From the NCBI GenBank assembly GCA_020850315.1, contig JADZEY010000020.1:21618-85617 (forward strand): a stretch of 64,000 bases of DNA. The letters are read 5' to 3'. The translations under genes and the position numbers were made by a program. The stretch comes from Armatimonadota bacterium (GTDB lineage: Bacteria; Bacteroidota; Ignavibacteria; OLB7). Numbering within the stretch: the first letter of the stretch is position 1; every line of letters begins with the position of its first letter. Under the pieces are notes generated by a model. The model searched no databases. It was given only the letters and a program-made list of their open reading frames with translations, and had not been told where the DNA came from. This document shows, piece after piece, positions 19,578 to 29,496 of this stretch.

Positions 19578-20642
19578 TTATGGTAGAAGCGTTTTGGTTA
19601 CTTCATTATCGAAGGTGGCTTGCAGTGTACGCACAGCGGCTTGCGCAGCCTCGACAGCGGTTTTGTTGCTGAAAATCGCTTGGCCAAACGATGGCTGCAT
19701 TGCGCCAATCGCCGCGATTGCCGCATCAATTTCGGTGCGAACACGAACGTCCAGCGTGCTATCCTTTGCCACGACTAATTGGCTGATTCCTTTGCCGCTG
19801 TTGGTTCCGTAGGTTCCTACATATATGTTCTTTACGCTGCGGATGTTGTCCTGGAAATCAGCGTTGGAGTTGTTGCTGAACTGCGATTCTTCCAGCGTGC
19901 GGTCTTGCAGTGTAAATGGGTCGTTGATCTTGCCGTTGGCAACTTCATCGCAGATAGCGGCCATGCCACCGATGATATCCTCTAGCCCGCTCCGTTGCGA
20001 GGTGTAGATGGTGCTGCTTCCGCCAGCATTTGCAAGCTGTGCAGCAAAGTTGTCGCCGGTGGCTTCCCATGATTGGCGCAGCTGTGCGGTTGCCCCCTTG
20101 AAGCTTTGGGTCACGGCCACCAGATACTCAATCTCACGCGTGGTCATTGCTGAGGCTGGCTTTGTTTCGCTGGTTCCAAAGATCAAATACTCGATGGTGT
20201 GGAAGCCTTTCAGTGTTCCTTCTAAGCCATCAATGTATCCCTTGGTAAGGGTAGCACTGCTGGCAAGCACGGCATCTAAATCTACTTTGTTCACCGGCCA
20301 GCTATCAATGCTTGGGTCAATCCCTTTGGTGTCAACCGGGCCGAACAGAAATCCTTCGCTTTGTTCCCACGGGCGGCGTGCATCGCGCCAAGCCTGGCGT
20401 GCGGCCTCCAGCTTTGCATCGGTGATGCCAGTTTGCAGTGCGGCAACTGCATCGGCAAGCACTTGGGCTTTTTGGTCAAGCTCGATGTAGGTAGGAAGGA
20501 TCACCTTGTAGGCAACGTCGTTCAGAACGGCTGAGACCTTCTGCTCATCGGTATCCACTGGCTCGGTGGTGGAGTCGCTACAAGCCGCAACGGCAATTGC
20601 CAACAACGCAGCTGCAAATGGGATATGGAATCGGTAGTTCAT
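19578..20642 (-). CDS. Imelysin-family lipoprotein (IrpA / peptidase M75-like)
   Basis: Lipoprotein signal MNYRFHIPFAAALLAIAVAAC. Imelysin-like helical bundle motifs (...ARQAWRDARRPWEQSEGFLFGP...GFHTIEYLIFG). Confidence 0.75.
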   Translation of the reverse strand: MNYRFHIPFAAALLAIAVAACSDSTTEPVDTDEQKVSAVLNDVAYKVILPTYIELDQKAQVLADAVAALQTGITDAKLEAARQAWRDARRPWEQSEGFLFGPVDTKGIDPSIDSWPVNKVDLDAVLASSATLTKGYIDGLEGTLKGFHTIEYLIFGTSETKPASAMTTREIEYLVAVTQSFKGATAQLRQSWEATGDNFAAQLANAGGSSTIYTSQRSGLEDIIGGMAAICDEVANGKINDPFTLQDRTLEESQFSNNSNADFQDNIRSVKNIYVGTYGTNSGKGISQLVVAKDSTLDVRVRTEIDAAIAAIGAMQPSFGQAIFSNKTAVEAAQAAVRTLQATFDNEVTKTLLP

Positions 20643-20724
20643 GGTAGGAATTGGTTGTTAGGTTTCGGTTAAAGGAAGGAAGAATCTTGACTCCTTCGTA
20701 ATGCAGTTGTAACTCAGTAGTAGT

Positions 20725-22032
20725 TCAAAACTCCACCCCCATTCCCAGCCCAAACGTTTGTTCGACGTTATCGGTGGGAATGCCAAGTGTGCGGTTTGTG
20801 AAGTCAGCTTTGAATGTGAGGTTATGGTTCAGGCGGTAGTTTAGGCCCACGGTCCAGACCTTCCGTTCCCATCGCGGGTTGTCAAAAATTCCTTCGGCAA
20901 CCTTGTGCATGGTGTCGTAGTATTCATATCGCCCAAATAGGTGCAATGCTGGCTGGGTTCCCTCTTCACCATGCTCTTCTTCCTTCTGCTTGCGGGTTAC
21001 TTCCTCGGTTGGTTCCCCCTCGGGTATTGCTGCTTTTGCCGGAGTGTAGAACCATGGCAGGATATCATACCCCGCTTCGGCAAACCAGCCAAGCGCCGCG
21101 CTGCCAACGGGGGAGCGTTTCACGTTGAGGTTGTTGGAAAGATTGCGATTAGCTTTTGAGACTGCTCCGGCGTTTTCTAACCCGCCATACAATGCCATTG
21201 CGCGTGCAAGGAATGGACCTTCTTGGAGTGTGCCATGCAGTTCGCCAATGGTGACGTGAGCCGGAACTGTCAGGTCTGGCTTTGGGCGGTTATCGGCACT
21301 GTTGCCGAAGTATCCGCTGGCTCCAACCGAAGCTCCATCGCTTACCTGGTAATCAACCCGCCCCACCACTGCCATGTTCTCGGCGTTAATCATCTCGAAC
21401 TTCCCTTGATGCCCTCGCACAATCCAATTTGCCGAGCTGAATCCGGTGGCATCCAAGCCATTGACCAGTTGTGCACGATACCGCAGCCCACTCCACTGGC
21501 CAAACACCTCAATCCCTGTTTCGTGCCATGTTGCCGGGATCATGTTGAACTCCATCTCCGAGCGTGCAACCGTGAAGTAATCGCCTGGTTCGTAGGCAGA
21601 GTTTGTTAGCCCGATAGGAACGTAGAAATGCCCCACGCGCAGGTTGAATTCCGGAGCGAATTCAAGTATTGCGGCCAGCTTTTCCACCACAACTTCACCA
21701 CCTTTCTCAATCTCCTGCTCGTATTCGCCGAACTCCTCCAGCTTATCGAACTCCATAGTGCTTCCGGTTCCACCATGCTCGAACTCAATCTCTGCTTCCA
21801 GTTTGATCTTGTCGCTCACACGGTACTCCGGCTCGATTGCAAACCGTTCTAAGTCGAACGCTGCACGGCGTGGAAGGTCGGTATCCCACCAAAACTTGTA
21901 GTAGTTAATGATGCCGTATCCTTCTACCGAGAAGCGGTCAAGCTGTGCGGTTGCCGATTGAGTAAGTATGCTGATGCCTGTAAGTATCAGTAGAGGCAGT
22001 TGCCAACGGTAGCGGGAAAGAGGTATGGACAT
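20725..22032 (-). CDS. Outer-membrane beta-barrel protein, putative porin (phosphate-selective porin O/P-like)
   Basis: Signal peptide MSIPLSRYRWQLPLLILTGISILTQSATAQ and a beta-strand-rich composition ending in a C-terminal aromatic residue (...LGMGVEF). Family assignment is tentative. Confidence 0.5.
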   Translation of the reverse strand: MSIPLSRYRWQLPLLILTGISILTQSATAQLDRFSVEGYGIINYYKFWWDTDLPRRAAFDLERFAIEPEYRVSDKIKLEAEIEFEHGGTGSTMEFDKLEEFGEYEQEIEKGGEVVVEKLAAILEFAPEFNLRVGHFYVPIGLTNSAYEPGDYFTVARSEMEFNMIPATWHETGIEVFGQWSGLRYRAQLVNGLDATGFSSANWIVRGHQGKFEMINAENMAVVGRVDYQVSDGASVGASGYFGNSADNRPKPDLTVPAHVTIGELHGTLQEGPFLARAMALYGGLENAGAVSKANRNLSNNLNVKRSPVGSAALGWFAEAGYDILPWFYTPAKAAIPEGEPTEEVTRKQKEEEHGEEGTQPALHLFGRYEYYDTMHKVAEGIFDNPRWERKVWTVGLNYRLNHNLTFKADFTNRTLGIPTDNVEQTFGLGMGVEF

Positions 22033-22129
22033 ACAGTTGTTGTGTAGAAAAAAGAGCAGCAATTGGATTCGGTAGATCCGGGAGCCACAAACTTAACTAC
22101 CTGCTAATCTAAACTAAGTCCAAAAATGT

Positions 22130-22171
22130 AATAGTTTCTTATTTGAACTTAATCCAAATAAGAAACTACTA
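22130..22171. promoter_or_regulatory. AT-rich perfect inverted repeat (14-bp arms, 10-bp spacer) in the divergent porin/TonB-receptor promoter region; candidate operator
   Basis: tagtttcttatttg-aacttaatc-caaataagaaacta. It directly abuts the candidate -7 element TATCTTTG at 22170-22177. Confidence 0.45.
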
Positions 22172-22177
22172 TCTTTG
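22170..22177 (+). promoter_or_regulatory. Candidate -7 promoter element TATCTTTG upstream of the TonB-dependent receptor gene
   Basis: TAnnTTTG match 43 nt upstream of the start at 22220. Confidence 0.3.
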
Positions 22178-22219
22178 CTCCCGATTCAACAATCAGCACG
22201 ACTTCCAGCATAGTCCCAG

Positions 22220-24598
22220 ATGCCCGTATTCTACTCCTATTTGCAGTTTCCCCTATTGACGATCCATTGGCAGCGCCTGTTGGGGGGCTTCTGTTTATTG
22301 GCCTGTCTTCTTAGTGCGCAAGCTGTTGCCCAAACCATTCATACTGTTCAGGGAGTTATTGTTGATGAACAAGGTGATCCGCTCCCTTTCTGCACAGTTC
22401 GATTGGTTGGTCAGCAGAAGGGGGGCGACCGCCACACTACCACCACAGCAAACGGGGAGTTTGCGCTCACGGTTGATGATGATGAAGTGTATACCCTTAC
22501 AGCAACACGGGTCGGATTCTATGCTGAAACCATCCCCGTGAGATTCCCCACACCTACACCCGCACAGCCAGTCCGTATTGTGCTTCGGGAGCAATCGTTG
22601 GCCACAAGTGAGGTTGTGGTGACGGCTACCCGTTCGGTTCGCGAACTATCCACGTCGCCAACTTCTGCGACGGTTGTCACCGCACGTGAGATGCGTTCGC
22701 AAGGGGCAAGGCTGCTCGGCGAGGTGCTTGCCGAGCAGCCTGGGCTGGCCATCATCAATGACCACGGGCAAGGGGTACAGATGCAAGGGCTTGACCCAGC
22801 CTACACGCTGATTCTGATTGATGGCGAGCCAGCCGTTGGCCGCACAGCCGGAACCATGAGCCTTGATCGCTTTATGGTTGGTGATTTGGAAAGAGTGGAG
22901 ATTGTGAAAGGCCCTTTTAGCTCACTCTACGGCAGCGAAGCACTGGCTGGAGTGATAAACCTTATTTCCCGCAGGCCAGGGCGTGTTCCGCAATTGTCGG
23001 GATCGGCTGAATACGGAACCAATGGCAGGCGAAATTTTACCCTGAACGGCGAAGGAAAGATTGGTGAGGTGGGGGTGCGGCTTTTTGGTGGCTATCTCGG
23101 CTCCGATGGCTATGATCTAGACCTCTCCAGTCTGTCGCCAACCGTTGCCCCGTTCAATAACTACTCACTTTCTGCGCTGGCCGCATCCCCTCTTACTTCT
23201 GCGATTGATCTTTCCATCAGCGGCAAATTCTCTGCCGAGCGAAGCAGTAGCCAAACTGAGTTAGTGTTGAGCGCAGATACAGTCCTATTTGATGACCGAG
23301 GGCAATTAGATGAATTCAATATCTCTGGTAAAATCGGCTATGCTGTTAGTTCAACATTGCGCCTTCAAAGCAGCTTCTATACCGCACGCTATGCAACCGA
23401 AAGCACCCTTACTTCGCCAACCGACACTGCTTTTGCGAACTACTACCGTAGCATCTTCGATCAAGGGCTAACCAAAGGGGAAATTGTCGCTGACTGGTCT
23501 CCAAATGCAGAGCACTACCTGACTGTGGGGGGAGGTATTGCTGCCGAATCGGTGGAAGCTGAATTGATTGCCGGCGGGGTTCGCACCGCAACCAACGCCC
23601 ATCTGCTGGCACAACATCAGTGGCAACCCAATGCTGAGTTCGGGCTTGTTGCTGGCGTTCGGTTTGATTCCCACAGCGACTATGCTGCACGCCTTAGCCC
23701 GCGGCTTTCACTTCTCTACAAGCCTATCGAGTGGGGAACGGTGCGCTTTTCGGCAGGAAGCGGTTTCAAGGCACCGACATCTCAGCAACTCTATCTCGAC
23801 TTTACTAATCCCACCGTTGGCTACAGCGCATTTGGTGCTGTGGGATTGATGGATGCAGTCAATCGTCTGCGTGATGCAGGGGAGATTCAACGAATGCTGC
23901 GTGACGTGGAAGGTAGCACAGTGCTTCGCCCGGAAAGCTCTATCTCGCTTGGCATGGGATTGCAGGCCGCCCCTCATCCCACTCTGCGCCTGACGCTCGA
24001 CCTTTTCCATAATCGTATTCATGACCTTATTGAAGCCACCGCATTTGCCGTAAAAACCAATGGCCAATATGCTTTTAGTTACTTCAATCTGGAGCGTGTG
24101 GTGACGCAAGGGGCAACCGCCGAGGCCAGTTGGGAGCCGCTGACTGGGCTGACACTTGCAGCCTCCTATCAATTCCTTGATTGCTTTAGTGTGGAAGAAC
24201 AGGAAAGCATTACACGAGGTGATATTCAAAAGGTGGGAGCCACCGGACAGGTTCGCGCTGTGCAGCTGGTGGAGTATGGCGGATTGTTCAATCGTTCGCG
24301 GCATAGCGGCACGCTACGCATTAGCTATAACGATACTGCCACTGGCATCGAGGCTGCACTTCGCAGCACCTTGCGTGGCCGCTACGGCTATGCCGATGCT
24401 AACAGCAATGGCGTGTTGGATGATGCTACCGAGTATCACGCTGGCTACATGCTCTGGAATGCTTCAGTAAGCAAACAGCTTGGCTCATGGCTAACAGCTT
24501 TTGCCACCGCCGAAAACCTTCTTGACCACACCGACCCACAACTCCCCGAGCTTCCCGGAAGGCTGCTTGGCTTGGGGATTCGCGTGGAGTTCCGATAA
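22220..24598 (+). CDS. TonB-dependent outer-membrane receptor (probable haemin receptor, HmuR-like)
   Basis: Signal peptide, a carboxypeptidase-regulatory-like N-terminal domain, a plug domain (...ATRSVRELSTSPTSATVVTAREM...) and a beta-barrel with a C-terminal ...GIRVEF. Followed by an HmuY-like gene and a haem ABC importer. Confidence 0.85.
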   Translation: MPVFYSYLQFPLLTIHWQRLLGGFCLLACLLSAQAVAQTIHTVQGVIVDEQGDPLPFCTVRLVGQQKGGDRHTTTTANGEFALTVDDDEVYTLTATRVGFYAETIPVRFPTPTPAQPVRIVLREQSLATSEVVVTATRSVRELSTSPTSATVVTAREMRSQGARLLGEVLAEQPGLAIINDHGQGVQMQGLDPAYTLILIDGEPAVGRTAGTMSLDRFMVGDLERVEIVKGPFSSLYGSEALAGVINLISRRPGRVPQLSGSAEYGTNGRRNFTLNGEGKIGEVGVRLFGGYLGSDGYDLDLSSLSPTVAPFNNYSLSALAASPLTSAIDLSISGKFSAERSSSQTELVLSADTVLFDDRGQLDEFNISGKIGYAVSSTLRLQSSFYTARYATESTLTSPTDTAFANYYRSIFDQGLTKGEIVADWSPNAEHYLTVGGGIAAESVEAELIAGGVRTATNAHLLAQHQWQPNAEFGLVAGVRFDSHSDYAARLSPRLSLLYKPIEWGTVRFSAGSGFKAPTSQQLYLDFTNPTVGYSAFGAVGLMDAVNRLRDAGEIQRMLRDVEGSTVLRPESSISLGMGLQAAPHPTLRLTLDLFHNRIHDLIEATAFAVKTNGQYAFSYFNLERVVTQGATAEASWEPLTGLTLAASYQFLDCFSVEEQESITRGDIQKVGATGQVRAVQLVEYGGLFNRSRHSGTLRISYNDTATGIEAALRSTLRGRYGYADANSNGVLDDATEYHAGYMLWNASVSKQLGSWLTAFATAENLLDHTDPQLPELPGRLLGLGIRVEFR

Positions 24599-24664
24599 AG
24601 AAAACTTCTAACTGACCACATCAATATCCTAACCAACCCGGGCCAACAGGAGAGGCCCATAACC

Positions 24665-25258
24665 ATGATGCTTACTCGTTATTTCTCTGCCGCTTTTCTT
24701 GCTAGTGCTATCGGCCTTGCATCGTGCGGCGACGACGCAGTTGTTGAGCCAACGCCCACGCCAACCCAGGTTGCAACCACCGCCAAGGATATTCCTGGCG
24801 ACACCGCCAACACTGGCCATTACACCTTCTACCGCCTAAGCGATAGCAGCATTGTCTCGCTGGCGGATTCGGCAACAACCAAGTGGGATATTGCCTTCCG
24901 TGGCACCTCCATCATTGTCAACAGCGGCAGCAGTGGCCCCGGTACAGCCGCCGGGCAAGTGCTGACAGGCGTTGACTTTGACACGCTGAGCATGGCCCCA
25001 GAAGCCGGCTACAATGTTGATGCTCCGAACACGCCAGCCCTGGGTAAAACGTGGTACTCCTACAATCCCACCAACCACCTGATCTCCATTGTCCCCGGCA
25101 AAATTTTTGTGCTGAAAACGGCCGATGGCAAGTATGCAAAGCTGCAACTGTTGGGCTACTACAAAGGCGCGCCAGCTTCGCCAAAACCGGAAGAGCCAGC
25201 CCGATTTTTCACCTTCAAGTACGTGATCCAAAAAGATGGATCAAGGAAGCTGAAGTAA
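24665..25258 (+). CDS. HmuY-like haem-binding lipoprotein
   Basis: Lipoprotein signal (...AIGLASC), size ~197 aa, a WDIAFRG motif and a position immediately after the TonB receptor, as in Bacteroidetes hmuYR loci. Confidence 0.55.
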   Translation: MMLTRYFSAAFLASAIGLASCGDDAVVEPTPTPTQVATTAKDIPGDTANTGHYTFYRLSDSSIVSLADSATTKWDIAFRGTSIIVNSGSSGPGTAAGQVLTGVDFDTLSMAPEAGYNVDAPNTPALGKTWYSYNPTNHLISIVPGKIFVLKTADGKYAKLQLLGYYKGAPASPKPEEPARFFTFKYVIQKDGSRKLK

Positions 25259-26205
25259 TGGTGCGAACAATCAATCGTTCCGGTGCGTGGCCATTCTTGC
25301 TGGCGGTGATTCTTGCAATGGCTGCTTGCCAAAAGCAGGATGCTGAGCAAGGGGTGAAGTCAACTTCGGCACAGGAGGATTTAGCAAAAAAAGAACGGAT
25401 CATCACGCTTGGTGGGCCGGTGACAGAGGTGGTCTATGCGCTTGGTGCGGGGGATCAAGTGATTGCTACCGACATCAGCAGCACGTGGCCAGCGGCGGTG
25501 GCATCACTGAAAAAAATTGGCTACCAGCGGACTCTTTCTGCCGAAAATATCATCGCCTTGGGGCCAACGCTGATCCTTGCTTCGGCGGAGGCAGGGCCGC
25601 CAGCAGCGATTGAGCAGTTGCGGGCATCGGGGATTCGGATAGAGGTGATACCATCGGAGCACTCACTTGCCGGAGCCAAGCAGAAGATTGATGCGGTGGC
25701 AAAAGTTTTGGGCTTGGAGGAATCCGCAAAGCACCTACGCGATACCATCGCCCGCTACGCTGTGGCTGCCGACTCGCTTCAGCGATTGGCCGCCGCAGGT
25801 TCCCCGGCAAAAATCTTGTTCATCTACGCTCGCGGGGCTGGCGCATTGCAGGCATCGGGAAAAGGAACCGCTGCCGATGCGATGCTTGCCGCGTCTGGCT
25901 TGCGCAACGTGGTGACGGAGTACGATGGCTACAAGCCGCTAACCCCCGAAGCAATCGTTGCAGCTAACCCGCAAGTGGTGCTGATGACTACCAGCGGGCT
26001 GCAAAGCATCAGCGGGAAAGAAGGGCTGCTGAAAGCAGTCCCTGCGCTTGCCCAAAGCGATGCGGGGCGCGCCGGGCGGATTGTTGCAATGGATGATGAA
26101 TTACTGTTGGGCTTTGGCCCCCGCTCTGGCCAAGCAATTCTGGAGTTGCGCCGCAAGATTGATTCGGTGCAAGCAATGCAATCACCAACCGCTGCCCGAT
26201 TGTGA
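25258..26205 (+). CDS. Periplasmic haemin/siderophore-binding protein of an ABC transporter (HmuT/FecB-like)
   Basis: Start MVRTINRS overlaps the upstream stop (TAATG). Class III substrate-binding-protein fold (...RIITLGGPVTEVVYALGAGDQVIATD...). Confidence 0.85.
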   Translation: MVRTINRSGAWPFLLAVILAMAACQKQDAEQGVKSTSAQEDLAKKERIITLGGPVTEVVYALGAGDQVIATDISSTWPAAVASLKKIGYQRTLSAENIIALGPTLILASAEAGPPAAIEQLRASGIRIEVIPSEHSLAGAKQKIDAVAKVLGLEESAKHLRDTIARYAVAADSLQRLAAAGSPAKILFIYARGAGALQASGKGTAADAMLAASGLRNVVTEYDGYKPLTPEAIVAANPQVVLMTTSGLQSISGKEGLLKAVPALAQSDAGRAGRIVAMDDELLLGFGPRSGQAILELRRKIDSVQAMQSPTAARL

Positions 26206-27299
26206 ACCGTTCGATTGCACTTCCCACACGCCGCCGCGCTTCCCAACGTATCCACGGCCGCCTTACAACACCACGATTGTTGCAAGGTGGGTTGATGTTG
26301 CTGCTGGTTGTTGTGGTTATGGCCGCCGTTGGCATCGGTGCTGTGGGAATTTCGCCCGCCCAAGTGGTTGCCATTGTGCTTCAGCAGATTGGCATTGATC
26401 TGGGGGGGAGTTTCGGCATGAATCAATCGGGAGTGCTGTTGGGGGTGCGCTTGCCACGTGTGTTGTTGGGGGTTCTGGTTGGTGGCGCGCTTGGCGCGGC
26501 TGGGGCCGCTATGCAAGGGCTGTTTCGCAATCCGCTTGCTGACCCCGGCTTGATTGGGGTCAGCAGTGGGTGCGCGTTGGGGGCTGTGCTTTGCATCGTT
26601 GTTGGCAATGCAATGTTCCCTGCGTTCCTGAATCAACTTGGGCTGTACGCCCTTCCGGTGGCTGCCTTTGTTGGCGGGCTCTTGGCCACGTTGCTGGTCT
26701 ATCGAATCTCCGCACGTAGCGGAATCCGAAGCGTTAGCACAATGCTGCTTGCTGGGATTGCGGTGAACGCCCTGGCAGGTGCGGCCATTGGCCTTTGCAC
26801 CTACCTTGCCACCGATGCCCAACTTCGCAACCTCACTTTCTGGAGCTTGGGAAGCCTTGCCGGGGGAACTTGGGAGACGCTATCGGTGGTTGCCCCGCCG
26901 ATACTGCTTACCCTGCTGCTGCTGCCCCGTTTTGCGCGGCAGTTAAATATGCTGGCATTGGGGGAAGGTGAGGCAGCTCATCTTGGAGTTTCCATCAACC
27001 AGTTGAAATGGCGGGTGACGGGGTTGTGTGCGTTGGCGGTTGGCGCTTCCGTCTCGATGACCGGATTGATCGGCTTCATCCCCTTGATTGCACCTCACCT
27101 TGTGCGCCTCTCTATCGGTCCCGACCATCGCCATTTGATCCCTTGCTCAACATTGCTTGGCGCAGGCTTGCTGGTTGGCGCAGACCTTGCTTCGCGCATG
27201 GTTGTCTCGCCAGCCGAGCTTCCAATCGGCATTATTACCGCCATTGTTGGAGCCCCGTTCTTCTTGTGGCTATTGATGCGCGAGCAGCGAATAGCCTAA
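26202..27299 (+). CDS. Iron/haemin ABC transporter permease (FecCD family)
   Basis: Polytopic membrane protein with FecCD family motifs (...[30 protein letters not shown]...). The start overlaps the preceding gene by 4 nt. Confidence 0.9.
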   Translation: [365 protein letters not shown]

Positions 27300-27411
27300 G
27301 CAAGAAACGCCGAAACCTACCTGCGGCGCGGCCCAAGCGGTTGCCGCCACCCATGCTGAAAACCGCAGTTGAAAACAGCACATTCATTATCGCCGAACCA
27401 GCAAAGCACCA

Positions 27412-28245
27412 ATGGCACTGCAAGCCCGAAACATCACTGTTGAACGCTCCGGCAAACGATTGCTGGACTCCGTTTCCCTTTCGATTAACTGGGGGGAAGT
27501 TGTGGCATTGATTGGCCCGAACGGAGCCGGGAAATCAACCCTGCTGAAAACGTTCAGTGGCACGCTGAACCCAACACACGGCGCGGCTACCTTTGCCGGA
27601 CGTGAGTTATGGGAGTTAAGCCCAGCCGAACGCGCAAGGGTGATTGGGGTGCTGCCGCAGGAGTCGTCGCTGAGTTTGCCCTTCACAGCAATGGAGGTTG
27701 TGGCCATTGGATGCCAAGCTGGCGGAGCCGATGGGGCCCAGGCCGAGCAGATTGCACGCCAAGCATTGGCCGACGCTGACGTTGAGCATCTATCCGAGCG
27801 AATCTACACCACCCTTTCCGGTGGGGAGCGGCAGCGGGTTCACCTTGCCCGCGTGCTGGCTCAGTTGTGGCGTTCGCGCAATCGCGAACGGTACTTTCTG
27901 TTCGATGAACCCACCAGCAGCTTGGACCTTGCACACCAGCACCGGATGCTAAGTGTTGCCCGCCAGTGCGCTGCCGAAGGCGCCGGGGTGTTGGTGATCT
28001 TGCACGACCTGAACCTTGCCGCACAGTATGCAGATCGGATTGCCCTGCTGCACCACGGAGCACTAACCGCCGAAGGCACGCCGGATCACGTGCTGACCCC
28101 CGATGTGCTAGACCCCGTGTTCCAAGTTACCACCTGCGTCTTCCGCCACCCCGGGCTTCCCTGCCCGCTGATTGGTGCGTTTGGCAAGCAAAGCATTGTG
28201 GATGCCGGTATCCCTCACGACTTCATGCAACCAAGTTCAACATAA
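27412..28245 (+). CDS. Iron/haemin ABC transporter ATP-binding protein
   Basis: Walker A GPNGAGKST, ABC signature LSGGERQRV and Walker B FLFDEPTSSLD. Confidence 0.9.
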   Translation: MALQARNITVERSGKRLLDSVSLSINWGEVVALIGPNGAGKSTLLKTFSGTLNPTHGAATFAGRELWELSPAERARVIGVLPQESSLSLPFTAMEVVAIGCQAGGADGAQAEQIARQALADADVEHLSERIYTTLSGGERQRVHLARVLAQLWRSRNRERYFLFDEPTSSLDLAHQHRMLSVARQCAAEGAGVLVILHDLNLAAQYADRIALLHHGALTAEGTPDHVLTPDVLDPVFQVTTCVFRHPGLPCPLIGAFGKQSIVDAGIPHDFMQPSST

Positions 28246-28266
28246 CCTTCCATAAGGAACACAATA

Positions 28267-29343
28267 ATGACGGACACAGCAACCGTAAGCCCAGCCACAA
28301 CCGAGCAGCTTACCGAACTTCGCGCCGCGTGGGACGCACTGCGCCAAGAACAACCTAACCTCCGTATCCGCGACGCTGCACGCCAACTTGGCGTAAGCGA
28401 AGCCCAACTGCTGGCCACCAACTGTGGCCACACCGTGCAGCGATTGCAGGCAGATTGGGGGCAGCTTCTGCTGAAACTGGAATCGCTGGGCCAGGTGATG
28501 GCGCTTACCCGCAACAACCATGCAGTCCACGAAAAAGTTGGGACTTACCACAGTGCTTCGGTCAACGGGCTGATGGGTTTAGTGGTAGATCGTGACATTG
28601 ATCTGCGGGTGTTTTTCAGCCACTGGGAATATGGCTTTGCCGTCACCGAAGAAGGGAAAGGTGGGGTGCGCCGTAGCCTGCAATTCTTCAGTAAACATGG
28701 CGAGGCAGTCCACAAAGTCTATCTGCGCGAAGACTCCAACGCGGCGGCGTATGATGAGCTTGTGAGCCAGTACCGCAGCGAAGATCAATCAGGGCTGATA
28801 GAGGTCACAGACCAACCCATCACCGCCGACCGCCCCGATCAGGAGATTGATTTTGCGGGATTGTACAGCGAGTGGCGCGCCATGGAGGACACACACCAAT
28901 TCTTTGGAATGCTACGCAAGTACAACGTTGGCCGCGTGCAGGCACTGCGCAATGCCGAAGCAGACCTTGCGCGCCCAGTTGCGCTGGATTCCATCCACCG
29001 CGCACTAATCATTGCAGCCCAGGAACAGCTTGGGATTATGGTGTTTGTCAACAGCCCCGGCGTGGTGCAGATACACTCCGGCCCAGTGGAGCGGATTGTG
29101 GTGACCGGGCCATGGGTGAATGTGCTTGACCCAGGGTTCAACTTGCACTTGCGCCAGGATGCAATCGCATCGGCTTGGATTGTCCGAAAGCCAACAACCG
29201 ATGGCGTTGTCACCTCGCTGGAAGTCTTCGATGAAGCAGGGGAGACAATCGCCCTGATGTTCGGCGAACGGAAGCCGGGCAAACCGGAGTTGCCGGGATG
29301 GAGAGCGATTGTGGAGCGGTTGGAAGCTGAGGCAGCAGCATAA
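28267..29343 (+). CDS. Haemin-degrading / haem-trafficking protein of the HmuS/ChuS/HemS family
   Basis: 358-aa two-repeat architecture immediately downstream of the haem ABC importer. The N-terminus ...LRIRDAARQLGVSEAQLL... is typical of ChuS/HemS. Confidence 0.8.
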   Translation: MTDTATVSPATTEQLTELRAAWDALRQEQPNLRIRDAARQLGVSEAQLLATNCGHTVQRLQADWGQLLLKLESLGQVMALTRNNHAVHEKVGTYHSASVNGLMGLVVDRDIDLRVFFSHWEYGFAVTEEGKGGVRRSLQFFSKHGEAVHKVYLREDSNAAAYDELVSQYRSEDQSGLIEVTDQPITADRPDQEIDFAGLYSEWRAMEDTHQFFGMLRKYNVGRVQALRNAEADLARPVALDSIHRALIIAAQEQLGIMVFVNSPGVVQIHSGPVERIVVTGPWVNVLDPGFNLHLRQDAIASAWIVRKPTTDGVVTSLEVFDEAGETIALMFGERKPGKPELPGWRAIVERLEAEAAA

Positions 29344-29361
29344 CATCAGCCAAACATCCAC

Positions 29362-29392
29362 GGCCCGCCCACACTGGCGGGCCATTTTTTTG
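29362..29392 (+). terminator. Rho-independent terminator after the hmuS-like gene
   Basis: ggcccgcc-cacact-ggcgggcc followed by T7. Confidence 0.6.
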
Positions 29393-29496
29393 CACAACAC
29401 AGAAATGGTGTGGAAACCTTCCAACACCCTGTGTTATCTTGATGCTGCAACACATTCAACACATTCAACACCTGCCCTTAAGGAGAGCAATCAACT

